Source of the DNA: Candidatus Gallimonas intestinavium
GTDB lineage: Bacteria; Bacillota; Clostridia; Christensenellales; Borkfalkiaceae
Direction of reading: 5' to 3'
NCBI GenBank assembly: GCA_019116755.1
Contig: DXBB01000073.1
Location: 2,692 to 66,691, forward strand
DNA length: 64,000 nucleotides
Positions 25,105 through 34,033 of this stretch are shown one piece after another; position 1 is the stretch's first letter, and the number at the start of each line of letters is the position of its first letter. The notes beneath the pieces are model-generated. The model saw only the letters and a list, made by a program, of their open reading frames with translations, was not told where the DNA came from and made no database searches. The translations under genes were made by a program, and so were the position numbers.

Positions 25105-27093
25105 ATGAAACGCAGCAAACTCATCGCTCTCACGCTTTCGGGCGTGCTCGCACTCTCGTCCGCAGCCATTCTTGCAGGCTGCGGCGGCAATAGCAAAGCG
25201 GGAGCAGACACCACCTTCACCTGGTACCTCACGGCAGGGGAGGACGGCTACTATTCCGATTACGAGGATAACCCCGTCATCGAATACATCATGGAGAACA
25301 TGCAGTTCGAAGGTTCGGACGGCGAAATGAAGTACATCGCCTTCGATTTCTTCCAGCCGACCACCACCGAAAACGCCCGCTCCGAATTCAACCAAAAGTA
25401 CATGAGCGGCAATTGGGAAGACGTCATCGATCCCACGATGAGCCGCGGCATCACCGACATGTACGAAGCCGGCGTCGTCGCCGACCTCACGCCCTACATC
25501 ACCGACCGCGAGCTCATGCCCAACCTCAACGCCTATCTCGACGCCCATCCCGAATACCGCGCTCTCATGCAGACGCAGACGAAGGACGGCGCAAAGTATC
25601 TCTCCATTCCCACCTTCAAAGACTCCATCAGCTACGAATCGCAGACCTTCGGCTTCAACTATCGCCGCGACCTTCTCGTCAGATACGGCGTGCAGCCCGA
25701 TGAATTTTACGATCCCATGACGGACGAAGCGCCCACGGCAAACCCCAAGGCTGGGCAGAAGTTCCAGGGGCATTACACCGTCAATTTGGACGGCACGAAG
25801 CGCAGCGATCCCATGTCGCAGGATACGACGCTCCCCGAAGGTGCCAACGGCCAGAGCTGGGAGGACGACGTCACCTTCCCCAGCGGTCATTCCGATCCCG
25901 TTTATATCTCCGACTGGATGTGGATGTTCGAAACGTATGAAACGGCATACGAGGCGATGGGCATCGAGCCCGCCTACATGATGTCTCTCTTCTATCCGGG
26001 CTACAACGCCAACGGCGACCTTTCCTCGGGCTTCGGCGGGGGCGGCGTGCTCTGGTATAAGGATGAAGACGACAACTGTCAGTTCGGCGCGGCAGGCACG
26101 GGCTTCAGGGCATATCTCGAATGCATGAATGATTGGTATTCCCGCGGCTGGGTCTGCAACACCTTCAACGAAGACACCTCTCCCTTCTATCAGATCGACC
26201 TCGACCTCGTCGCCAACGGCACCGTGCCCCTTTGGATGGGCGGTACCAACTTCGGCACCGCCATCCAGAGCTCCGAACAGGGCTATGAGGCAGCGGCAGG
26301 CGCCGTCGTCTATCTTGCGGCAACGCCCATCAACGACATCCCCGACTACGACGGCAACCCCTCGACGAGCGACTACTCCACGCAGGCGACCGCCGAAGAG
26401 GCAAAAGAAGCCATGAACGGCGGTTCGGGCAGCGAATATATGCTGCAGATCCCCACCTGCCTCTATCAGGCAGAGGACTTTTCGCAGGGCGTCGTCATCA
26501 GCAAGGCGGCAGAGGGCAAAGATATGGAAGTTCTCATGCGCTTCTTCGACTTTTTATACAGCGAAGAGGGCTCCGTCCTCATAACGCTCGGCCTCAATGC
26601 CGAACAGGCAGAAGGCAGCCGCTACTATGAAGACTACGGCCTCACGAACGGCGCCTACACCGTGAATTCTGACGGCACCTACACCTACGATCAGATCCTC
26701 GAACAGAACGTCGGCGAGATCCGCGGCGCCATGGTGGCAAGCCGTATCCCCGGCATCCGCTGCGAGTCCAAGATCACCTACACCTTCCCCGAACCCTACA
26801 TCAACGGCCGCCAGCAGTGGCTCAAATACAAGGCGACGGGCTTCATCGGCGGCATCCTCAACGGTCAGAGAACGGCGGAGGAGACGGACGTCATCGAAAC
26901 GGTCAAGGCCGCCGTCGAGCAGAACTACCTTTACAAGGAAGTCTACAAGTTCATCAAGGGCGAGCGCTCCCTCGAAAACGCCGAGTGGACGAGCTTTGCC
27001 CGCGACGTCATGAACTACTCCTACACGGGCGTCAGCGTCAGCGATGCCACCGCCGCTTATCAGGCAGAATTCGACCGCCTGTACCGCAGCTAA
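25105..27093 (+). CDS. Extracellular solute-binding lipoprotein (large LplA-type SBP, 662 aa)
   Basis: Signal peptide with lipobox LAGC. AAGGAGG RBS. Position and composition are typical of polysaccharide-ABC SBPs. Confidence 0.85.
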   Translation: MKRSKLIALTLSGVLALSSAAILAGCGGNSKAGADTTFTWYLTAGEDGYYSDYEDNPVIEYIMENMQFEGSDGEMKYIAFDFFQPTTTENARSEFNQKYMSGNWEDVIDPTMSRGITDMYEAGVVADLTPYITDRELMPNLNAYLDAHPEYRALMQTQTKDGAKYLSIPTFKDSISYESQTFGFNYRRDLLVRYGVQPDEFYDPMTDEAPTANPKAGQKFQGHYTVNLDGTKRSDPMSQDTTLPEGANGQSWEDDVTFPSGHSDPVYISDWMWMFETYETAYEAMGIEPAYMMSLFYPGYNANGDLSSGFGGGGVLWYKDEDDNCQFGAAGTGFRAYLECMNDWYSRGWVCNTFNEDTSPFYQIDLDLVANGTVPLWMGGTNFGTAIQSSEQGYEAAAGAVVYLAATPINDIPDYDGNPSTSDYSTQATAEEAKEAMNGGSGSEYMLQIPTCLYQAEDFSQGVVISKAAEGKDMEVLMRFFDFLYSEEGSVLITLGLNAEQAEGSRYYEDYGLTNGAYTVNSDGTYTYDQILEQNVGEIRGAMVASRIPGIRCESKITYTFPEPYINGRQQWLKYKATGFIGGILNGQRTAEETDVIETVKAAVEQNYLYKEVYKFIKGERSLENAEWTSFARDVMNYSYTGVSVSDATAAYQAEFDRLYRS

Positions 27094-27107
27094 CACATTT
27101 GGCTCCT

Positions 27108-27128
27108 CCTCCCGCTTCGTGCGGGAGG
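27108..27128 (+). other. Intercistronic hairpin between the SBP and lipoprotein genes
   Basis: CCTCCCGC, TTCGT, GCGGGAGG. No T-run follows. Confidence 0.5.
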
Positions 27129-27151
27129 GGAACTTCAAAAAGGAGATCACC

Positions 27152-29143
27152 ATGAAAAAATCTGCTAAACTTCTTATTTCCTTGACTCTCACCGCAAGCC
27201 TCGCGCTTTCGGGCATCCTTGCAGCCTGCACCGATCCCGAAAAGCCCGATGACCCCTGCACCGAGCACGTCGATGCGAACGGCGACGGCGTCTGCGACAA
27301 CTGCGGCGAAACGGTTTCCACCCCCGAGCCCGCAGAAAAGCAGCTCTACGACGGCCGCTGGATCACCCCCGCCAATACGCCGGACGGCGAAGGCGCGACC
27401 CTTAAGCTGAAAGAGGACGGTTCCTATTACTACTATTCCGCATGGACATATTCCATGGGAAACTGGGAAGTCGTAGAGGGAAACTATACCTACTATAAGA
27501 TCGAGGTGGGCAACGCACCCGATGCCTCCGCCGGCGACGACACGACCGCCTATGAGGCGACCGAGCAGCTCGTCCTCACCGCCTTCGACGGCGCTTCCTT
27601 CAAGGGCGTCATCGCCGAGGGCCGCATCTGGAACATGGAGCGCAGCACCCTGCAGGGGACTTCCTGGAATTCTCTCGCGCAGGAAGCCGATTACGTCTGG
27701 GACGAAGACAGAGACGAAGAGCCCATCGCTTCCCTTGAGCTCTGCGAGACCAAAGACGCCTCCGCGCAACTCATCTTCTATGCGAGCATGACGAACGAGG
27801 GCGCCCTCTTCGACAGCATCAACGGCAACAACATCACCGCCGACAGCGGCTCGTACGAAAAGTCCGTCTCGGGCGACGTCACGACGTACACCCTCAAAAA
27901 CGGCGGCACGGCTTATGCAACGCTCACCGTCAACGCAGACGGCACCTACACCTACACCCCGGACGGCGAAGAGGGCTTCGCGCTCGTCACCGAGGCATGG
28001 ACGACGACGCAGCTGCTTACCTCGGGCGATGAGTACATCTCTCTTTCCTTCGGCGGCGCCGCCGAAGACGCGATGGCAGAGCTCCGTCTCTGGCAGGACA
28101 ATTCCGCCGACGTCGTCGTCACCCGCATCAAGGACTATTCCTACGAGACCGTCCTTTCGGGCACTTACACGCAGAACAGCGACCGCACCATAACGCTCAC
28201 CTTCGGCGAAGAGAACTTCACCGTCTCCGCGCCCGATGAGAACAAACTCATCTCCGTCGCCCTCACCATCCCCGCAGGGGAGTATGTGACGGAAGCTGCC
28301 GAGATCACCCTTACGGGCGAAGTAAAGGAAGTGGGCACGCCTCTCTTCTCCTTCGCGTCGGGAACGGTCACCTTCGGCACGACGGGCGCAGCGCCCTCGC
28401 CCACGATGGAGGGCTCTTTGGAACTCGTCCTCTACTCGGACGGCATCGCCGAAATGATGGCGACCGTCGACGTGTTCGGCACTGCCTATACGACTTCCAT
28501 CGACCGCGGCACCTACACTGCCGATGAAAGCAGCGGCGTTCCCGCCTACACCTTTAACTTCGAGAACGCAGGCACGCTCACGACGACGTCCGAAGCGGTC
28601 GACGAACTCAACGCGACGCTCACTCTCAACTACTCCGTCAAGGATGCCCCCGGCACCTTCGATATGGGTCCCATGGGTACGGCGGTCATGAACTTCACGG
28701 TCGAAGACGCCGCTCTCACTTACGACTGGTCGGCAGAGGCCGTCTACACCTTCACGGCAACGGGCATCGAAGTCACGGCAGCCAACCCGCTTCCCTCGCA
28801 GGAGGGCAACACGGTGGACGTCACGCTTTCCCTCTGGAGCGACGGCACGGCAACGCTCGATCTCGTCCTTCATACCTCCATCCCCATGGACTTTGAAGCT
28901 CCCGAAAGCGAGACGGGTACCTGGTCTCTCAGTATGGAAGGCGGATTCCCGACCATCACATTGATCATGGAAAATGCGGGTACGCTCACGGCATCGCCTG
29001 ATTTTGCTACCGCCACGCCGACGGGCATCGACCTTACCCTCACCTACACGGCAGACGGCATCAGCTATCTCGTCCCTTCGATGGGCCTTTCCGTCACCCT
29101 CACCTTCACGGGTACTCTGGTCGGTCACTATTCGATCGGCTGA
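27152..29143 (+). CDS. Lipoprotein of unknown function with internal lipocalin-like repeats (663 aa)
   Basis: Start at ATG 27152 after an AAAGGAGA RBS. Signal peptide with lipobox LAAC. A DANGDGVCDNCGE motif lies just after the lipid anchor. Segments of the type L.L..DG(T/S)...G(T/N)(W/Y) recur. The C-terminal part has a tandem pair of modules, each ending in ENAGTLT(T/A). Confidence 0.75.
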   Translation: MKKSAKLLISLTLTASLALSGILAACTDPEKPDDPCTEHVDANGDGVCDNCGETVSTPEPAEKQLYDGRWITPANTPDGEGATLKLKEDGSYYYYSAWTYSMGNWEVVEGNYTYYKIEVGNAPDASAGDDTTAYEATEQLVLTAFDGASFKGVIAEGRIWNMERSTLQGTSWNSLAQEADYVWDEDRDEEPIASLELCETKDASAQLIFYASMTNEGALFDSINGNNITADSGSYEKSVSGDVTTYTLKNGGTAYATLTVNADGTYTYTPDGEEGFALVTEAWTTTQLLTSGDEYISLSFGGAAEDAMAELRLWQDNSADVVVTRIKDYSYETVLSGTYTQNSDRTITLTFGEENFTVSAPDENKLISVALTIPAGEYVTEAAEITLTGEVKEVGTPLFSFASGTVTFGTTGAAPSPTMEGSLELVLYSDGIAEMMATVDVFGTAYTTSIDRGTYTADESSGVPAYTFNFENAGTLTTTSEAVDELNATLTLNYSVKDAPGTFDMGPMGTAVMNFTVEDAALTYDWSAEAVYTFTATGIEVTAANPLPSQEGNTVDVTLSLWSDGTATLDLVLHTSIPMDFEAPESETGTWSLSMEGGFPTITLIMENAGTLTASPDFATATPTGIDLTLTYTADGISYLVPSMGLSVTLTFTGTLVGHYSIG

Positions 29144-29147
29144 TCTC

Positions 29148-29190
29148 ACAGGCGGATGCGGCCCCCTAACGCATCCGCCTGTCCCTTTTT
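29148..29190 (+). terminator. Intra-operon terminator/attenuator after the lipoprotein gene
   Basis: Perfect 13-bp stem ACAGGCGGATGCG/CGCATCCGCCTGT, 9-nt loop, then CCC and T5. The next RBS starts immediately after. Confidence 0.7.
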
Positions 29191-29205
29191 CAAGGAGAGA
29201 ACAGT

Positions 29206-31212
29206 ATGGAACACAACGTCTACGATCCCGCGCTCGACCCCGCCTTCCAAAAACCCTATATCGACATCGAGGAGCAGCGCCCCGAGGGCTATACTTACGT
29301 CCACGGCGGCTTTGAAGGCACCGATACGCGCTTTTCCTTCTTCTATCCCCCAAAGGAACAATATGAAGGCCGCTTCTTCCAGTTCATGTCTCCCGTCGAG
29401 GGCAGCGAGAACGCTTCCATCGGCCGTAAGGGCATGGAAAACAAGATCGGCTTTGCCAACTCCCACGGCGCGTACTTTGTCGAGACCAACATGGGCGTGA
29501 AAACGGGCATCCATCAGGGCGACGGCAGCATCATCTACAAGGCAAGCTCCGCCTCCGCGGAATTTTCCCGCAAGGTCGCCGAGCGCATCTACGGCTATTC
29601 CCATCGCCCTTACGGCTACATCTACGGCGGCAGCGGCGGCGCGTTCAAGACGACGAGCTGCTTCGAAATGACGAACACCTGGGACGGCGCAATCCCCTAC
29701 ATCCACGGCTCGCCCATGGCGATCCCCAACGTCTTCTGCGTGCGCGCCCACGCCAAGCGGGTGCTGCGCCACGCCTTCCCCAAGATCGCCGATGCGCTCG
29801 ATGCAGGCGGCAGCGGGAACCCATACGAGGGTCTCTCCGCCGAAGAGCGCGCGACCCTCTTTGAAGCCACCAAAATGGGCTTCCCCTTAAAGAGCTGGTT
29901 CTACTACGAAAAGCTCGACGACGGCGCGCTGCCCGTCGTTGCGGCAGGAACTTTAGGGCGCGATCTCCAATACTTCAAGGACTTCTGGCAGCTCCCCGGC
30001 TATCTCGGGGCAGACCCTTTTAGCTCCGTCCACCGCGACCGCATCCAATGCACCTGTACGGTCAAAGCGGTGCACCTTCCCCGCGCCAAGGAAGAGGAGA
30101 GCGACCGCCGCGCCATGACGGGCGCCGACAACGCCTGGAAGCGCGAACAGAACGACCTTCTGATGGAAGGGGAGACCTATCTCGTTCTCGAGGGCGCACC
30201 CACGGGCGACGTCTACGCCTACGGTTCGAACGTCCGCTTCGAAAACGGCGGCGCAGAGGGGCTCACGCTCACCGCAGACCGCCTCATCGGCGACAAGCTC
30301 GTGCTGGCTCCGGGCTTCGGGTTCGAGCACGCGCTCACCAGGCTCGCCCTCGCAAAAGCGGGCGACAAAGTTTCCCTCGATAACTCCGACTACCTCGCCG
30401 CGCAGACGTATTACCGCCATCAGACGCCAGAAGGGCATGAATTCATCGGCTGGGAGCAGTTCAAAACGGCGCAGGGCACGCCCATTTACCCCGTACGCGA
30501 GTACAAGGCGGGGCCGCCCATCGCCCGCGGCAGCTGCGGGAGCCTGCAATCGGGGAATTTCCGCGGCAAGATGATCGTCGTCGCCGCCACGATGGACGAG
30601 TCCGCCTTCCCCTGGCAGATCGATTGGTACCGCCAAAAGGTCAAAGAGCACTTCGGCGCCGAGACGGACGAACACTACCGCGTCTATTTCTTCGACAACA
30701 GCTTCCACGACGACAGCGAGCATACCGTCGACGAACTTCACCTCATCTCCTATCTCGGCGGCCTCCATCAGGCGCTTTTGGACCTTGCAAATTGGGTGGA
30801 AAAGGGTATCCCGCCCCGCGATTCGAGTCAGTACACGATCGAAGACGGTCAGATCGTCCTTGCCGCCAAAGCAGAAGAGCGCGGCGCCGTTCAGCCCGTC
30901 GTCACCCTCACGGCAGGGGGCGAAAAGCGCCTCGAAGCTAAGTGCGGCGAAAAAGTCACCTTGACTGCCGCGATCGGCATCCCGAAGGGCGCAGGCAAGG
31001 TCACCAAAGCCGAGTGGAGCTTTGAAGGCGAACCTTACACGGAAGGCGCCTTCACCGAGGTGGGGGAGAACGCCCAAGCAAAAGCAGAGCACACCTTCAC
31101 CGCCCCCGGCACCTACTTTGCGATCTGCCGCGTCTGGCTGCAGCGGGAGGGCTCTTCGGATCTCTACACCCAGGTCCCCAACCTCGACCGCGTCCGTATC
31201 ATCGTCCGCTGA
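29206..31212 (+). CDS. Putative alpha/beta-hydrolase (tannase/feruloyl-esterase-like) with C-terminal Ig/PKD-like domain
   Basis: Candidate nucleophile elbow YIYGGSGGAFKT, comparable to the G-x-S-x-G-G of tannase-family enzymes. A late FFDNSFHDD may carry the catalytic His/Asp. The last roughly 90 aa is beta-rich (KVTLTAAIGIP..AEWSFEG..HTFTAPGTYFAICRV). No signal peptide. The family assignment is tentative. Confidence 0.4.
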   Translation: MEHNVYDPALDPAFQKPYIDIEEQRPEGYTYVHGGFEGTDTRFSFFYPPKEQYEGRFFQFMSPVEGSENASIGRKGMENKIGFANSHGAYFVETNMGVKTGIHQGDGSIIYKASSASAEFSRKVAERIYGYSHRPYGYIYGGSGGAFKTTSCFEMTNTWDGAIPYIHGSPMAIPNVFCVRAHAKRVLRHAFPKIADALDAGGSGNPYEGLSAEERATLFEATKMGFPLKSWFYYEKLDDGALPVVAAGTLGRDLQYFKDFWQLPGYLGADPFSSVHRDRIQCTCTVKAVHLPRAKEEESDRRAMTGADNAWKREQNDLLMEGETYLVLEGAPTGDVYAYGSNVRFENGGAEGLTLTADRLIGDKLVLAPGFGFEHALTRLALAKAGDKVSLDNSDYLAAQTYYRHQTPEGHEFIGWEQFKTAQGTPIYPVREYKAGPPIARGSCGSLQSGNFRGKMIVVAATMDESAFPWQIDWYRQKVKEHFGAETDEHYRVYFFDNSFHDDSEHTVDELHLISYLGGLHQALLDLANWVEKGIPPRDSSQYTIEDGQIVLAAKAEERGAVQPVVTLTAGGEKRLEAKCGEKVTLTAAIGIPKGAGKVTKAEWSFEGEPYTEGAFTEVGENAQAKAEHTFTAPGTYFAICRVWLQREGSSDLYTQVPNLDRVRIIVR

Positions 31213-31330
31213 GCACAACCCGCAAAGTTTCTATATCAGATAAAATAAAGAGAAAGATTTTGCAATACAGTTGTTCTTGGATGCGCTATAATGTTCTTGG
31301 TTTTCATTTCCGGGAGCCAAAGGAGATAAA

Positions 31331-34033
31331 ATGATAAAGATCACTTCCTTCACGGTTGAATACCGCGCCCACGCTCTGGGCATCGACGAGAAAAAGCCCC
31401 GTTTTTCGTGGGTGCTCGGCTCCGATACAGCCAATACCTTCCAATCTTCTTATACGCTCACCGTCAAGGCGGGGGATACCCCCGTCTTTACGGGCGCGGG
31501 CGGCTCCGAGAGTGTCCTGATCGAATACGCGGGCGAAGCGTTAAAGCCCCGCACCGTCTACACCGCCGAACTTGCCGTCACCGATAACTACGGCAACACC
31601 GCCTCCGCCGAGACGACCTTTGAAACGGGCGTCATGGGGGATCTCAAGGGCGAGTTCATCGGCCATGACTTCGGCGATGTCGTCCCCGAACTTTCCCGCA
31701 CCTTCCCGCTTTCGAAAAAGCCCGTGCGCGCCCGCATCTATGCGACGGCGCTCGGCGTCATGGAGCTCTTTGTCAACGGCAAGCGGGTGGGGGAGGACTA
31801 CGACGCCCCGGGCTGGACGAGCTATTCCCACCGTCTGCAATATCAGACGTACGACGTCACCTCTCTCCTCCACGAGGGCGAAAACACCCTCTCCGCGCTC
31901 ATCGGCAAGGGGTGGTATTCGGGCGTCGTGGGCTACTTCCACACCAAAAACAACTACGGCGATAAAAACGCCCTCCTTTTAGAGCTCGCCCTCACGTTGG
32001 AAGACGGCTCCGAGCAATTCCTCACGACCGACCAAACGTGGACGGCAAAGGAGAGCGCTCTCCGCTTCTCCGAATTTCAGGACGGCGAGCTCTTCGACGC
32101 CACCTTTGAAGCAAAAGAGAGTTTCCCCGTCGAAGTCGTCTCCTATCCGAAGGAAAATCTCCTCGCGCAGATCGACGAGCCCGTCCGCGTCACCGAACGC
32201 ATTTCAGGCAAACAGCTCATCGTAACGCCCAAGGGGGAGAAGGTCATCGACTTCGGTCAGAACGCAACGGGTATCGTGGAATTTACCGTGAACGGCACGC
32301 GCGGGCAGAAGGTCACGCTCTCCCACGCCGAAGTGCTCGACGAAGAGGGCAACTTCTACACCGCCAACCTCCGCGCCGCTAAAGCGCAGGATACCTACAT
32401 CCTGGCAGGCGGCAAAGAGACGTATCGCCCGCACTTCACCTTCCACGGCTTCCGCTATCTCCGCGTCGAGGGCATCGATGCGGTGCGCCCCGAAGATTTC
32501 ACTCTCCTCGTGCTGCACACCGATATGCAGAGGACGGGCTCCTTCACCTGCGAACACGCCCTTGTAAACCGCCTGCAGCAGAACATCGTCTGGGGGCAGC
32601 GGAGCAACTTCTTTGATCTTCCCACCGACTGCCCGCAGCGCGACGAGCGCCTCGGCTGGACGGGGGATGCGCAGGTGTTCTGCCGCACGTCGACGTTCAA
32701 CTACAACGTCGCGCCCTTCTTTGCAAAATGGCTGGGCGACGTCGCCGCCGAACAGACCGTCGAAAAGGGCGTCCCGCAGACGGTGCCCAACGTCATCCCC
32801 GTCAACGATTTCGGCACATCCGCCTGGGGCGATGCCGCCACTGTCTGCCCGTGGACTGTTTACGAAGTCTACGGCGATACCCGCCTTCTTGCCCGCCAGT
32901 ACGAGAGCATGAAAAATTGGGTGGAGTACATCCGCCTGCACTCGAAGAACGATCTTTGGCTCGACGGTTTCCAGTACGGTGATTGGCTCGCGCTTGATCG
33001 GAACGACCCCGAAGACAACAAGGGTGCGACCGACGATTACTTCATCGCCTCCGCCTACTACGCCTATTCGGCGGAGCTCGTCGCAAAGGCAGCCCGCGTC
33101 CTCGGCAAAGTGGAGGATGCCGCCGCTTACGAAGCCCTGCACGATAAGATCATCGCTTCCTTCCAAAAGGAATTTATGACGGAGCGCGGCCGCCTCGTCT
33201 CCGAAACGCAGACCGCCCTCGTCCTCGCCCTCGGCTTCGATCTCGTGCCCGAAACGTTCCGCGAAGACATCAAGGCGCGCCTCCGCGCGAGCTTCAAGCA
33301 AAACCACGAACACCTCGTCACGGGCTTTGTGGGAACGCCTTACCTTTGCCACGTTCTTTCGGAAAACGGCATGCACGACATCGCCTCCAAGCTCCTTCTG
33401 CGCGAGAAGTGTCCTTCCTGGCTGTACGAAGTCAGAATGGGTGCGACCACCATCTGGGAGCGCTGGAACGCCATCTTCCCCGACGGCACCCTCTTCGACC
33501 CCGCCATGAGCTCCTTCAACCACTACGCCTACGGCTCGGTGGGGGATTGGCTGTACCGCAAAGTCGCGGGCATCGACTGTTTGGAGCCGGGCTATAAAAA
33601 GATTTCGATCAAGCCCTATCCCGTGCGCGAGCTCGGCAATCTCGCTGCAAGCTATCTCACTCCCTACGGCGCCGTCTCCGTCGCTTATTCCTATGCGGGC
33701 GGCAAGGCGCACTACCGCATTGAGATCCCCGTCAACACCACGGCGGTCATCTCCCTTCCCGACGGGAGGGCGCAGGAAGTGGGCTCGGGCGTCTATGAGT
33801 ACGAAACGGACGACGATCCTTCCTATTTGGAGCGCAAAGCGCTTTCTCACACCTTCGGCGAGGCGATCGCAGATAAAACGTGCCGCGCCCTCCTCGAAGA
33901 GGCGATCCCTGCTTCCATGTTCGCGCCCATGTGCCAGTTCGGCACCGAGCGCCCTTTGCGCGACGCCGTCGAAGCTCTGCCGCAATATGCCGAGCTCTTC
34001 ATAAAGGTCGCTCATCTTCTGGAGGACAAGTAA
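31331..34033 (+). CDS. Alpha-L-rhamnosidase, GH78 (900 aa)
   Basis: Signature FFDLPTDCPQRDERLGWTGDAQVF plus the typical N-terminal beta-sandwich and (alpha/alpha)6 architecture. AAAGGAGA RBS. Confidence 0.9.
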   Translation: MIKITSFTVEYRAHALGIDEKKPRFSWVLGSDTANTFQSSYTLTVKAGDTPVFTGAGGSESVLIEYAGEALKPRTVYTAELAVTDNYGNTASAETTFETGVMGDLKGEFIGHDFGDVVPELSRTFPLSKKPVRARIYATALGVMELFVNGKRVGEDYDAPGWTSYSHRLQYQTYDVTSLLHEGENTLSALIGKGWYSGVVGYFHTKNNYGDKNALLLELALTLEDGSEQFLTTDQTWTAKESALRFSEFQDGELFDATFEAKESFPVEVVSYPKENLLAQIDEPVRVTERISGKQLIVTPKGEKVIDFGQNATGIVEFTVNGTRGQKVTLSHAEVLDEEGNFYTANLRAAKAQDTYILAGGKETYRPHFTFHGFRYLRVEGIDAVRPEDFTLLVLHTDMQRTGSFTCEHALVNRLQQNIVWGQRSNFFDLPTDCPQRDERLGWTGDAQVFCRTSTFNYNVAPFFAKWLGDVAAEQTVEKGVPQTVPNVIPVNDFGTSAWGDAATVCPWTVYEVYGDTRLLARQYESMKNWVEYIRLHSKNDLWLDGFQYGDWLALDRNDPEDNKGATDDYFIASAYYAYSAELVAKAARVLGKVEDAAAYEALHDKIIASFQKEFMTERGRLVSETQTALVLALGFDLVPETFREDIKARLRASFKQNHEHLVTGFVGTPYLCHVLSENGMHDIASKLLLREKCPSWLYEVRMGATTIWERWNAIFPDGTLFDPAMSSFNHYAYGSVGDWLYRKVAGIDCLEPGYKKISIKPYPVRELGNLAASYLTPYGAVSVAYSYAGGKAHYRIEIPVNTTAVISLPDGRAQEVGSGVYEYETDDDPSYLERKALSHTFGEAIADKTCRALLEEAIPASMFAPMCQFGTERPLRDAVEALPQYAELFIKVAHLLEDK

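Noticed and set aside
27038-29353. A 771-aa minus-strand ORF antisense to the lipoprotein gene
   Set aside because: The N-terminus is an Arg-rich string (MGDRRRKSAYRCLQSRRGRKYSPRG...). The + strand product has an RBS, a signal peptide, a lipobox and an internal repeat structure, so I treat the minus-strand ORF as a shadow ORF.
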